A stretch of 32,166 nt of DNA from a virus: positions 1 to 32,166 of the IMG/VR virus record IMGVR_UViG_3300021963_000428; one strand, written 5' to 3'. Both the position numbers and the translations under genes were made by a program. This document shows positions 14,831-23,340 of this stretch, in pieces. The notes under the pieces were generated by a model, which did no database searches, was not told the DNA's origin, and worked only from the letters and a program-made list of their open reading frames with translations. Position 1 is the first letter of the stretch; each line of letters starts with the position of its first letter.

Positions 14831-15514
14831 TTACGGATTCTTAATCACTTCATCTACAATACCGTGTATAACTGCTTCATCTGGAGAGAAGAAACAATCT
14901 GATTGTTGTAACAAATGTTTACGAATATATGTCACAGATTTACCTGTACATTTACGATAATGATTGACCATTCTTGCTGTGTCTAATTGAAAATCTTTTG
15001 AAGCAGCAGCTATCTCATGCTCTTTACCAACAACTCCACGAGAAAACTGATGAGACATTACAGAACAATTTTCAGTGATAAATCGATTATTCTTATGACC
15101 TGCCATTAATAGCATTACCCCAGCAGAGGCAATCTCACCAGTACCAATTGTAGCTACAGGAATAGTAGATTGTTTGATAGTATCAATTAAATGATAAGCA
15201 GATGAAACAAAGCCACCTGGACTATTAATAAACAATACAAGCTTTCCTGGTTGATCTTCTTTAGCCATCAAGTTGTATTCCATAATAGCCATAATGATAG
15301 GTTGTACAGAATCATCTTCTACTTCACCCATAAGATACATAATGCCATTACGCATAATGTTCTTTCCAAACCAATAATAGTTACCTTCATTCTCCTCTGG
15401 ATTTAAGGGTTGAGGCGAATTAGGCGACTCTGGTTCTTTTGGAGAGTTTGGTTTAGCTTTAGCATTAAACACACTTGAGTACTTGTTGAACTGGCAACCG
15501 AATAATTTGCTCAT
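14831..15514 (-). CDS. ClpP-family serine protease (S14) with N-terminal P/N/E-rich extension
   Basis: The catalytic contexts are GEIASAGVMLL (Ser), CSVMSHQ (His) and QSDCFFSPDEAVIHGIVDEV (Asp). The ATG at 15514 has AAGGAATTATCAA upstream. Residues 1-50 (..AKAKPNSPKEPESPNSPQPLNPEENEG) have no ClpP counterpart. Confidence 0.8.
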   Translation of the reverse strand: MSKLFGCQFNKYSSVFNAKAKPNSPKEPESPNSPQPLNPEENEGNYYWFGKNIMRNGIMYLMGEVEDDSVQPIIMAIMEYNLMAKEDQPGKLVLFINSPGGFVSSAYHLIDTIKQSTIPVATIGTGEIASAGVMLLMAGHKNNRFITENCSVMSHQFSRGVVGKEHEIAAASKDFQLDTARMVNHYRKCTGKSVTYIRKHLLQQSDCFFSPDEAVIHGIVDEVIKNP

Positions 15515-15923
15515 TTGATAATTCCTTAGTTGAAATAAATAATTCTCCTGGCTCTAAATAAATGTCAGCAGGGCTTGTTACTTTCCACCTACCAAGTGAA
15601 CCTGAACGATTAATAATATTGTTGTTTACATCGTTCATTGTAACTACATCTGTAGATCCACTAACAATAAATGTGATGCCTGTATCCCATAAATCATCAA
15701 CAAGTTTTAAAGTATCTTTATTAATATCTTCAATAACTAGCCTAAATTGAGAAACATGGACATTACTTTTATCAACAAAATCTTTAATCTTCTGTATCAA
15801 TGTCATCGTCTTCTTTGGAGCTATACTCATCCCACCATCGTCCTTGTTGTCGCTCTCGCTTATAGGGTCGTTTGTGTCTGTCGGAGTGAGAAGTTCGCTC
15901 GTCTTTAAATTGCTTTTCTTCAC
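15465..15923 (-). CDS. Hypothetical protein (152 aa, GTG start)
   Basis: ORF track. GTG at 15923 has AGGA 8 nt upstream. ATGs at 15830 or 15806 are alternatives. Its last 50 nt overlap the ClpP-like gene. Confidence 0.5.
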   Translation of the reverse strand: MKKSNLKTSELLTPTDTNDPISESDNKDDGGMSIAPKKTMTLIQKIKDFVDKSNVHVSQFRLVIEDINKDTLKLVDDLWDTGITFIVSGSTDVVTMNDVNNNIINRSGSLGRWKVTSPADIYLEPGELFISTKELSNEQIIRLPVQQVLKCV

Positions 15924-15943
15924 GTTCTAATTCCTGCCAATTG

Positions 15944-16189
15944 TTATTCTTGATCATTTGTGTAACTACGTTTAACACCTAATTTGTTAGCTTTCTTTTG
16001 TAGGTAAATACTAAAAAATTCAGTTAACTCTTGAGTATCTTCAGGATAAGATCCTTCTACTATAGATACAGCAACTCTCTCAAAATGATTCATAATTTCT
16101 TCTGAGTTAGTTACTCCAATAGAATCTAGTGTATGATATACACCTTGATCAACCATGTTAGTAAGTTTAATTTTATCTGATGGAGTCAT
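15944..16189 (-). CDS. Hypothetical protein (81 aa from first ATG)
   Basis: The track start at 16201 is TTG. ATG 16189 (MTPSDKIKL...) overlaps the nrdB stop as TAATG. Confidence 0.55.
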   Translation of the reverse strand: MTPSDKIKLTNMVDQGVYHTLDSIGVTNSEEIMNHFERVAVSIVEGSYPEDTQELTEFFSIYLQKKANKLGVKRSYTNDQE

Positions 16190-17139
16190 TACCAGGCCCA
16201 ATCTCCGTTCATACCATTAACGCTATACTCAGTTACACGTTTCTCAAAGAAGTTATCATGAGAAACACCTGATAAAACCCAGTCTAACCAAGGCATTGGA
16301 TTATCCCTGTGATTAAAGATAGTTTTCATTCCTAATTGAAGTAGTCTACGATCAGTAATGTATCGGATATAGTCTTTTACATCTTTACTTGTAATTCCTT
16401 CAATCTTATAGTTTGAGAAAGCTAAATCAATAAATTTATCTTCAAGATCAACTGCGTCTCTTGCCATTTGATAAATCTTAGATTTTAATTCATCATTAAC
16501 TATACGAGGATGTTCATTGCAGAACTCTCGGAATAGTCGAGCACCACCCTCTACGTGTACTGTTTCGTCACGGATAGACCATTCTACTACAGTACCCATA
16601 CCTTTCATCTTACCAAACCTTTGAAAGTTTAATAACATAACAAAGGAAGCAAACAATGCAACACCTTCGTTCATAACACCTTTAGCTAAAGCAAGAGCAA
16701 CACCTGTTTGTGTATTAGTGTCGTTGTTTTGCATAAAGTCAATCTTCTCAGACATTTCTTTATAGTCTAAAAACTTATGATATTCTTCATCTGGCAATCC
16801 AAGAGTATCATTTAATAACGCATATGCTCGTTGGTGTGTACCTTCACGAGAAGCAAAAGAACCAAGCATAACACGTACTTCATTATTCTTAAACCGTGGA
16901 ATAAGAAAATCGTAATAGTTCTGACCTACTTGTACATCGCCTTGTGTAAACAATCGGAGAATATTTGTAATAAACTCTTTTTCGCCTTCATTAAGCTTTA
17001 ATTTCCAGTCAGATACATCCTCTGATAAGTCAGCTTCATCTTCAGTCCAATGAATTTCTTCATGTTTCTTTGTAATGTCTACAGCCCAATCATGCAAAAA
17101 AGGCTTGTATGTTTTATTAAATTCTGTTAGAGTAGCCAT
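16189..17139 (-). CDS. nrdB: Ribonucleotide reductase class I beta subunit
   Basis: Ferritin-like di-iron motifs: FASREGTHQRAY (ExxH plus the radical Tyr position) and SIRDETVH (ExxH). The first ATG at 17139 lies 1 nt after the nrdA stop with GAAGG upstream. The track's GTG 17160 would overlap nrdA. Confidence 0.85.
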   Translation of the reverse strand: MATLTEFNKTYKPFLHDWAVDITKKHEEIHWTEDEADLSEDVSDWKLKLNEGEKEFITNILRLFTQGDVQVGQNYYDFLIPRFKNNEVRVMLGSFASREGTHQRAYALLNDTLGLPDEEYHKFLDYKEMSEKIDFMQNNDTNTQTGVALALAKGVMNEGVALFASFVMLLNFQRFGKMKGMGTVVEWSIRDETVHVEGGARLFREFCNEHPRIVNDELKSKIYQMARDAVDLEDKFIDLAFSNYKIEGITSKDVKDYIRYITDRRLLQLGMKTIFNHRDNPMPWLDWVLSGVSHDNFFEKRVTEYSVNGMNGDWAW

Positions 17140-17140
17140 A

Positions 17141-19147
17141 TTAACCTTCACATGCCTCACATTCGTTATCGTCTAAGACCTTATTTTCCACGGGAGTCTT
17201 TGAAAGTCTCTTGCTGAGTTCTCCAAGTCCGCCAATGTATTCCCCATCAAGATAGATCTGTGGGACAGAACGGACACCTGCTCTTCCAGTAATTTCAGCC
17301 GCTGATTTACCTGTTGTAGTAATATCAATGTAGTCGTATGGGATTCCTCTTGATTCGAGTAAGGATTTAGCACTTGTACATTGTGGACAATCTGGTTTTC
17401 CATAAATAATAGTTTCCTTAATCTCTTTTAATTTATTTTCTTTTACCTTTTGTGAAACATTTTCAGCACGAACTTTAGCCTCTGTACGTAAGTAATACAA
17501 ACCCTTCAATCCAGCTTCCCAGGCATTAATATGAGCTTGCTTTACAGCAGACTTGTCAGCGCCAGCAGGAAAGAACAAATTTACTGATTGACCTTGGCAA
17601 ATATGTTTTTGTCTATCAGCAGCATGTTTAATAATCCAATTTTGATCTAATTCAAAACTAGTTTTAAACACAGCCTTTGTATCATCATCTAAAAAAGATA
17701 AATGTTGTACAGAACCACTCTGTGTAATAATGTTTGACCATACTTTATTTGTATTATGACCAATAGTTTCTAAATGTTGTTCAAGATATTTATTCTTAAC
17801 TAAGAAAGATCCTGCACGAGTACGATGTGTATAAGCATTAGCTTTGTTAGGCTCAATACTAGGTGATGTACTAAGCAAAATACCTGAAGAAGCATTAGGG
17901 GCTACTGCTAACAAATGAGAATGCCTAATTTTCTTTGGAGACATATCAGGAGCTGAACCACGATCTACAGCAATTATTTCAGACGCAGATACTGCTCTTG
18001 ATTTGATAGTGCTAAACATTTTCTCATTAATCAAAGATGCAGAATCACTCTCAAAAGGAATATTCTTTGATTGTAAATAATTATGGAAACCCATAGCACC
18101 TAAACCAATAGATCTTTCTCTTGAAGCACTATACTTTGCTCTAGCAAGACTATTTGGAGCGTTTTCAATAAAGTATTCAAGAACATTGTCTAACATAATT
18201 ACTAAATCAGCAATCATGTTAGTTTCTTTCCATTGATCAAAGTACTCTAGATTAACTGAACTCAAACAACAAACAGCAGTACGGTCTTCTGAGGTTGGTA
18301 AATGAATCTCATTACATAAGTTGCTACCATGAATCTTAAGACCCTTGTCCTTTAATTCTTGAGGTAAGGCATCATTAGCTGTATCAATAAAATTAAGGTA
18401 AGGCTCGCCTGTGCGAAAGCGAGTTTCCAATAACTTGCTAAATACCTTTCTAGCATCGAGAAACTCGCCTGTTGGTCCTTTCTTTGGATCAACCAACTCA
18501 TACGTATTGCCATTTTTGACAGCCTCCATGAAATTGTCAGTGATATTAACAGCGTTATGGAGGTTAAGGCATTTACGATTGTTGTCACCTGTGGGTACTC
18601 GAATACTAATAAATTCAAAAATATCAGGATGGTCAATATTGAGATATGCAGCATAAGAACCTTTTCGTGTTTTACCTTGCCGATAAGCAGTCATATCAGC
18701 ATCAATAGTACTTAAGAAAGGTATAGGCCCAGGAGCAACGTCAGATACACTACGGATGTCAGACCAATGACCTCCGACCCCACCGCCCATGACGGATAAC
18801 CAACGAATTTCAGAACTATGATCAATAAGACCAGCAACAGTATCAGGGACATAAGTTAAAAAGCAAGAGATTGGCATTCCTTTGCCTTTACCATCAATAT
18901 CGGGAGCATTCGATAATACTGGTGAAGCAAACATAAACCATTTGTTAGAGATATAATCATACAAACGTTGGGCAAGCCCTAAGTTAGTTTTTCCTTTAAA
19001 TGTGCTCCAAGCACGGCATGCTCTGGCATACACTTGCTGAGGTGAGATTTCATCTCCCTGAGCATAAAATTCTAATACCATATCAAAAGCATAATCTGTT
19101 AAAAGTTTATCTTTTTCTAAATCAATTTCAATGTCGTAATATTTCAT
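17141..19147 (-). CDS. nrdA: Ribonucleotide reductase class I alpha subunit, no ATP-cone, with C-terminal glutaredoxin domain
   Basis: The catalytic block is GSNLCNEIHLPTSEDRTAVCCLSSVNL. The C-terminus IIYGKPDCPQCTSAKSLLESRGIPYDYIDI...SVPQIYLDGEYIGGLGEL is glutaredoxin (CPxC, TVPQIF-like, GG). The final tail is DDNECEACEG. Confidence 0.9.
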   Translation of the reverse strand: MKYYDIEIDLEKDKLLTDYAFDMVLEFYAQGDEISPQQVYARACRAWSTFKGKTNLGLAQRLYDYISNKWFMFASPVLSNAPDIDGKGKGMPISCFLTYVPDTVAGLIDHSSEIRWLSVMGGGVGGHWSDIRSVSDVAPGPIPFLSTIDADMTAYRQGKTRKGSYAAYLNIDHPDIFEFISIRVPTGDNNRKCLNLHNAVNITDNFMEAVKNGNTYELVDPKKGPTGEFLDARKVFSKLLETRFRTGEPYLNFIDTANDALPQELKDKGLKIHGSNLCNEIHLPTSEDRTAVCCLSSVNLEYFDQWKETNMIADLVIMLDNVLEYFIENAPNSLARAKYSASRERSIGLGAMGFHNYLQSKNIPFESDSASLINEKMFSTIKSRAVSASEIIAVDRGSAPDMSPKKIRHSHLLAVAPNASSGILLSTSPSIEPNKANAYTHRTRAGSFLVKNKYLEQHLETIGHNTNKVWSNIITQSGSVQHLSFLDDDTKAVFKTSFELDQNWIIKHAADRQKHICQGQSVNLFFPAGADKSAVKQAHINAWEAGLKGLYYLRTEAKVRAENVSQKVKENKLKEIKETIIYGKPDCPQCTSAKSLLESRGIPYDYIDITTTGKSAAEITGRAGVRSVPQIYLDGEYIGGLGELSKRLSKTPVENKVLDDNECEACEG

Positions 19148-19161
19148 TATTTTTATTATTG

Positions 19162-19365
19162 TTAAGCGTTAAAACAAGCACCTGGGGTTAATAGAACTTC
19201 TGCTATTTTCCCTTCCATCAAATCATCTGAAATACATATAAAGGCGTTAATATCATACTCTGTAAAACTTTCAAGAGCCGCCTCACATTCTTTATTATTA
19301 TCATAGATATACTCATTATACTTTCTAGTAACATAATCATATGCAAATACTGAATACCTCATCAT
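19162..19365 (-). CDS. Hypothetical protein (67 aa)
   Basis: ORF track. ATGA overlap with the primase-helicase stop. Confidence 0.55.
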   Translation of the reverse strand: MMRYSVFAYDYVTRKYNEYIYDNNKECEAALESFTEYDINAFICISDDLMEGKIAEVLLTPGACFNA

Positions 19366-20993
19366 ATAACAAGATCCTCAAAATTTTCGCTTGCATTAAT
19401 TAACCTACCAGTATCTTCTATAAATCTGTATTGACCCATTGGACCAGTTCTACCTGTCCAACGATCTTTTAACACCCAGAGTTTACTTGTGTGTCTTTGA
19501 ATAGGATCACTCTCAAGTTTATTTCTGCTAATAGCAATTAATTGCGCACCAATCTGCTTTAGCGAACCAGAACCTTTTAAATCATCATCAGAAGGTACAG
19601 CACCTTCTTCAAAAGATTTCTGGTTGTTATTTGTTTTTCTTAAATGGCTAACTACACCAATCCAAATACTATGTCGTTTAGCTAGTTTTAATAGATCAGA
19701 CATTAGTTTATCTGTAGCCCTGTTAACATCGTTGTCTTCAGCATCTGATACAGCAATAGTAATGTGATCAAGATAAATAAATTTACAACCACTTAAAGCC
19801 ATAAATTCCATTTTATCTATAAGTGAATCATCACCCATAGAACCTTGATGATCTAGAAACATAATACGACTTGTACCCATTGTTTCAGTCCAAGCAATAC
19901 GCTCTTCTTCCTCAGTAACTTCAACATCAGGCAATTGAATACGCTTATTCAAATGTAATGCCATAATGCCTTCAACTGTTTCAGATACGCTTTCCTCTAA
20001 AGAACAAATACCAATCTTCTCATTTGTTGTTTGAAGTAGATGGTATTGATCTTCTTTTAAGAAAGAACTCTTACCCATACCTGTACCAGAACAAAGTATT
20101 GTAATAGAACCTAAACATCTACCATAAATCTTTTTATTTAACTCTGCAGCAAAATCAGGCCAAGGAACATAATCAATTTGTGATTCAGCTTTATACAGAT
20201 CCCAAGTATCTGCTGAGTTAACAATACCTACTGGACTCCAAGCTTGTGCATCCCAGACTTGAGATAGTACAGCTAGATGACCTTCTTTAAGGTACAATTC
20301 ATTAGCGTCTTTTAATTTAGTGTTTTTAACAATCTTAACCTTATCAAAGCCAATAATTTTAGCAGCTCTATCAGCCGCTTCTTTTCCTGGCTCATCATTA
20401 TCAAACCATATAACTACTGAATCAAAGCTACGTAGCCAATCTCTATTGCTTAACAGAATACTAGTTTGACTTGCAGAAGGTATAGATACTACTGGATAAA
20501 TTTTTTCATACTTATCAAACCAAGCTTGTGATATTGTAAGCGCATCAATTTCGCCTTCAGTAATTACTAGCTGTTTACCCCCATTGCCTGCTTGCATTTG
20601 ACCAAAAAGGCTTTTAATTTTTCCAATAACTGTGAACTCTTTTGGAAGAGTGCGCTTTTTATATCCTGTAATTTCGTTAACACCATAGGGATAATAGTGT
20701 GAATCCACTTCACCTTTTTCATTTACTGTAACCTTTATATTAAAGTATTCTGCAATTTTCTTTGTGATCTTTCGATCTGCAAAGCCTCTTACGGCATAGG
20801 TAGCTATTTCTTCTAAAGTTTCAATGCCATAACTTTCCTTTTTACTTGTCACAAAAGAGTCCTTACTCTGATCTGGAAACCAACCTGTACATGAAAAACA
20901 ATATGAGGTTCCATCCTCGTATATCTGTCTAGCATCACTACTACCACAGTCTTCACTTAAGCAAGGTTGATCCTTTACAACTATTTTTCCCAT
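19362..20993 (-). CDS. Bifunctional DNA primase-helicase (T7 gp4-like)
   Basis: N-terminal Cys4 zinc ribbon (CLSEDCGS...CFSC), TOPRIM-like ITEGEIDALT and FDNDEPGKEAA, helicase Walker A SGTGMGKSSF and Walker B FIYLDHI. Confidence 0.9.
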   Translation of the reverse strand: MGKIVVKDQPCLSEDCGSSDARQIYEDGTSYCFSCTGWFPDQSKDSFVTSKKESYGIETLEEIATYAVRGFADRKITKKIAEYFNIKVTVNEKGEVDSHYYPYGVNEITGYKKRTLPKEFTVIGKIKSLFGQMQAGNGGKQLVITEGEIDALTISQAWFDKYEKIYPVVSIPSASQTSILLSNRDWLRSFDSVVIWFDNDEPGKEAADRAAKIIGFDKVKIVKNTKLKDANELYLKEGHLAVLSQVWDAQAWSPVGIVNSADTWDLYKAESQIDYVPWPDFAAELNKKIYGRCLGSITILCSGTGMGKSSFLKEDQYHLLQTTNEKIGICSLEESVSETVEGIMALHLNKRIQLPDVEVTEEEERIAWTETMGTSRIMFLDHQGSMGDDSLIDKMEFMALSGCKFIYLDHITIAVSDAEDNDVNRATDKLMSDLLKLAKRHSIWIGVVSHLRKTNNNQKSFEEGAVPSDDDLKGSGSLKQIGAQLIAISRNKLESDPIQRHTSKLWVLKDRWTGRTGPMGQYRFIEDTGRLINASENFEDLVI

Positions 20994-20994
20994 T

Positions 20995-21171
20995 TTATTT
21001 ATTTATTACGTTATTAGCCGCAAAACAAGCTGTTGATATAAAACTAAAAGCTATAGAGATTAGCAAAAAATCTGCTGAATTCCATTGTTCTGAGCTTGTT
21101 AATAAACTTATTGCTTGTGTTGATATAATAAGCATTGAACAAAAACCAAATAGAAAACCAATTAATTTCAT
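20995..21171 (-). CDS. Small two-segment membrane protein (58 aa), not in ORF track
   Basis: My translation: MKLIGFLFGFCSMLIISTQAISLLTSSEQWNSADFLLISIAFSFISTACFAANNVINK. TAATG overlap with the upstream stop; it ends 1 nt before the primase-helicase ATG. It fills gap 20994-21170. Confidence 0.5.
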   Translation of the reverse strand: MKLIGFLFGFCSMLIISTQAISLLTSSEQWNSADFLLISIAFSFISTACFAANNVINK

Positions 21172-21620
21172 TATTTTAATCCTGCTAATTTATTCAATCT
21201 TTTACGATGTCTAGTAGATATTTCTTCTGAAGATCTCCATTGGACTTTATCAATAAAACGATTGTACCATATATGATTGTTACTAGGCACTTCTACAAAA
21301 CATTGAGACCACGTTTCAGCCCAGCTCAATCCACCTCGAGTATAATATTGTTCTAATACATAAAATTCAAAAGAAGTTTTTCCATTCTCTTCAATTAATG
21401 CATTAATATCTTTAGATGAACTAGTGTAAGTTCTCCAATTACTTGGCTTACCTCTGTTTATTTTTCCAGTACCTCTAAAGATTTTCTTACCAATATACAT
21501 CATGCCATTGTTAGTATCTTTGATTAAATAAACAAAACCAAAAGCGTTGTTAAAATCTAGTTGTTCAGTAAAGTTCCAATGTCCATTGTCTTTATTATTC
21601 TTTGATTTGGAAGTGATCAT
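21171..21620 (-). CDS. GIY-YIG domain protein (free-standing homing-endonuclease-like)
   Basis: GFVYLIKDTNNGMMYIGKK matches GIY-x(10)-YIG. Downstream are Arg (IFRGTGK), Glu (FEFYVLEQ) and Asn. 149 aa, with no obvious DNA-binding extension. Confidence 0.6.
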   Translation of the reverse strand: MITSKSKNNKDNGHWNFTEQLDFNNAFGFVYLIKDTNNGMMYIGKKIFRGTGKINRGKPSNWRTYTSSSKDINALIEENGKTSFEFYVLEQYYTRGGLSWAETWSQCFVEVPSNNHIWYNRFIDKVQWRSSEEISTRHRKRLNKLAGLK

Positions 21621-22293
21621 TTATATAGCGCCAGATGTGGATTAACCTGCCATTAGCAAGTAAATAAGGTTTCCACTGGTCGCCATAATGTTCTTTGTAA
21701 GCATTTATTACTGCTGCCTTTCTTTTATTATTATTTTCACAGCCCTCTAAGATTTTCATTGCTTTTACAGCCCCTATCTTAGGTAATCCAGGAATATTGT
21801 CTACAGCATCGCCCATTAATATCTGTTTCCAGTAATGGATATCTGCAGTGTCTTCATCTACTTTATAATGTTCATCCTTTCCTGGTTTAAAATGATTACC
21901 AGGAATACAATCTAAGTCTTTATCAATAGTACAAACTATATAAGGATCACCATCTCTAATAGCTTCTACTGCCCATATGCGGATTAAGTCATCTGCCTCA
22001 AATCCGTGAGCAACTACAGAATTAGGATGATTGCAAAACCATTCTTTTAATTCTTCAAAATGTTCTGCTCTATTCTTTTTAGATGCAAGTCTAGATGCAC
22101 TTTTCTTATATTCAGTAAAGAACTCTTCTCTCCAATTGTTTAGACCACCGATTGCAATTAAATAATCACTGCAAAAAGTATTTTCAACAACTGCTTGAAG
22201 AACCTCGTCTAATCTAATTTTAGCTTCTTCTACGTCCTCAGTACCCCAAATAGCCTGATATAGCAAAACGTCTCCGTCTACTAGTGCAATCAT
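21595..22293 (-). CDS. 5'-3' exonuclease / flap endonuclease (PIN-like plus H3TH)
   Basis: MIALVDGDVLLY, GFEADDLIRIW, TIDKDLDCIPG, and the H3TH-like VDNIPGLPKIGAVKAMKIL. Confidence 0.85.
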   Translation of the reverse strand: MIALVDGDVLLYQAIWGTEDVEEAKIRLDEVLQAVVENTFCSDYLIAIGGLNNWREEFFTEYKKSASRLASKKNRAEHFEELKEWFCNHPNSVVAHGFEADDLIRIWAVEAIRDGDPYIVCTIDKDLDCIPGNHFKPGKDEHYKVDEDTADIHYWKQILMGDAVDNIPGLPKIGAVKAMKILEGCENNNKRKAAVINAYKEHYGDQWKPYLLANGRLIHIWRYINDHFQIKE

Positions 22294-22478
22294 ACTGGGT
22301 AAGTTACTTTCTCATAGCCATATTTCTTAACACGAGCAAGAAGCTTTTGACCTATTTTGTTACGAACTTTATATTTAATAATTGTAGGACGATCTACAAA
22401 ACTTAAATACAAATACTTATCACCTTTAGGATATGTATATGTTGCTGAGGGGACTTTATATATTAATGCCTTTTTCAT
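22290..22478 (-). CDS. Hypothetical basic protein (62 aa)
   Basis: ORF track. ATGA overlaps at both ends. Confidence 0.55.
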   Translation of the reverse strand: MKKALIYKVPSATYTYPKGDKYLYLSFVDRPTIIKYKVRNKIGQKLLARVKKYGYEKVTYPV

Positions 22479-22891
22479 TTCTGTTCTACTCTTATATTAC
22501 TATGAATTAAATTTAAAATACCTGAATCTGTTTTATATGGAGTTGAAAATACTACTCTTTTAACTCTTGATTGTATTAACAATAAAGAACAATTGTCACA
22601 GGGTGCAGTTGTTACATATATTGTTGAATCTCTTAAGCTTAATCCTTCTGCAGCAGCCTTAGATACTAAGTTTGCTTCAGCATGAATTACATAAGATAGT
22701 GTTTTATTATTATCATCTTCACATTTATTAGGAAATCCAGTAGGTGTTCCATTAAATCCAAAGCTGAGAATATTGTTATTCTTTACCGCAATTGCTCCAA
22801 CTTTACGCTTTTCAGCATGAGACATTAGAGCAATTCTTTTTGCAAGATCTAGATAGAGGGAATCGTAGCGATCTTCTTTTGTAGCCACCAA
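22475..22891 (-). CDS. dCMP deaminase
   Basis: Zinc motifs VIHAEANL (HAE) and APCDNCSLL (PCxxC). Only a TTG/GTG start (22891/22888, AGGGA 6 nt upstream) preserves the conserved N-terminal core. The first ATG is residue 23. Confidence 0.85.
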   Translation of the reverse strand: MVATKEDRYDSLYLDLAKRIALMSHAEKRKVGAIAVKNNNILSFGFNGTPTGFPNKCEDDNNKTLSYVIHAEANLVSKAAAEGLSLRDSTIYVTTAPCDNCSLLLIQSRVKRVVFSTPYKTDSGILNLIHSNIRVEQK

Positions 22892-23340
22892 GGTGCATCC
22901 CTATTTGTATATCTCATTAAGTTTATTTTTTCTGTTAAATAGTAGTTACGATATGCTTCTACAGCATTTTCTGTTTTACAATGATCAGGCATAGCAAGAG
23001 GAGGTTCTTGCCATTCTCCTGCTTTAATGTCCCTTGGAAAAATAGCAAGAGACTCTGAATGATCTAAAAGAGTTTTATGTACTTTTCCAAATCGGTGAGT
23101 ATACTCTTTACCAAGTTCTTCCATAAGAATATAAAGCCACATATAATGACTAACATTGCTACGAACCCAAACAGCAGAAGGATGGTTATCATGTGTCTTT
23201 TTGTAAGGCCCAATTCCACCAAGTAAATGATGGGCGGTAGATAATAGTTGTGCTGATTCAAGAATCATTTTTACTACATGAGTATCATAATGAGCCTTAG
23301 CACATTCTGTTTGATTCTTGTCTAAATAAAATATATTCAT
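22849..23340 (-). CDS. Conserved-looking hypothetical protein (163 aa; MNIFYLD...HVVKMILESAQLLSTAH)
   Basis: ORF track. ATGA overlap with the upstream gene. Function not recognised. Confidence 0.65.
   Translation of the reverse strand: MNIFYLDKNQTECAKAHYDTHVVKMILESAQLLSTAHHLLGGIGPYKKTHDNHPSAVWVRSNVSHYMWLYILMEELGKEYTHRFGKVHKTLLDHSESLAIFPRDIKAGEWQEPPLAMPDHCKTENAVEAYRNYYLTEKINLMRYTNRDAPWWLQKKIATIPSI

Noticed and set aside
15784-15978. A 64-aa highly charged ORF (GTG start, or ATG at 15957) overlapping the start of the 152-aa ORF.
   Set aside because: The R/K/E/D-rich sequence is typical of an off-frame reading of purine-rich DNA. The competing GTG start at 15923 has a well-spaced AGGA. I cannot exclude it, because it would also close the 20-nt gap, so it needs translation data.
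19161-19195. Partial matches to the phage promoter: ttaagcgtt...cacctgg at 19161-19187, tctcctggggtag near 26781, GTGACGC on the plus strand at 1248-1254, and TTACCAGG on the plus strand at 16189-16196.
   Set aside because: Each shares only a 7-8-mer with the 17-mer consensus, or has an 8-nt insertion. They lie inside coding sequence or point antisense to all genes.
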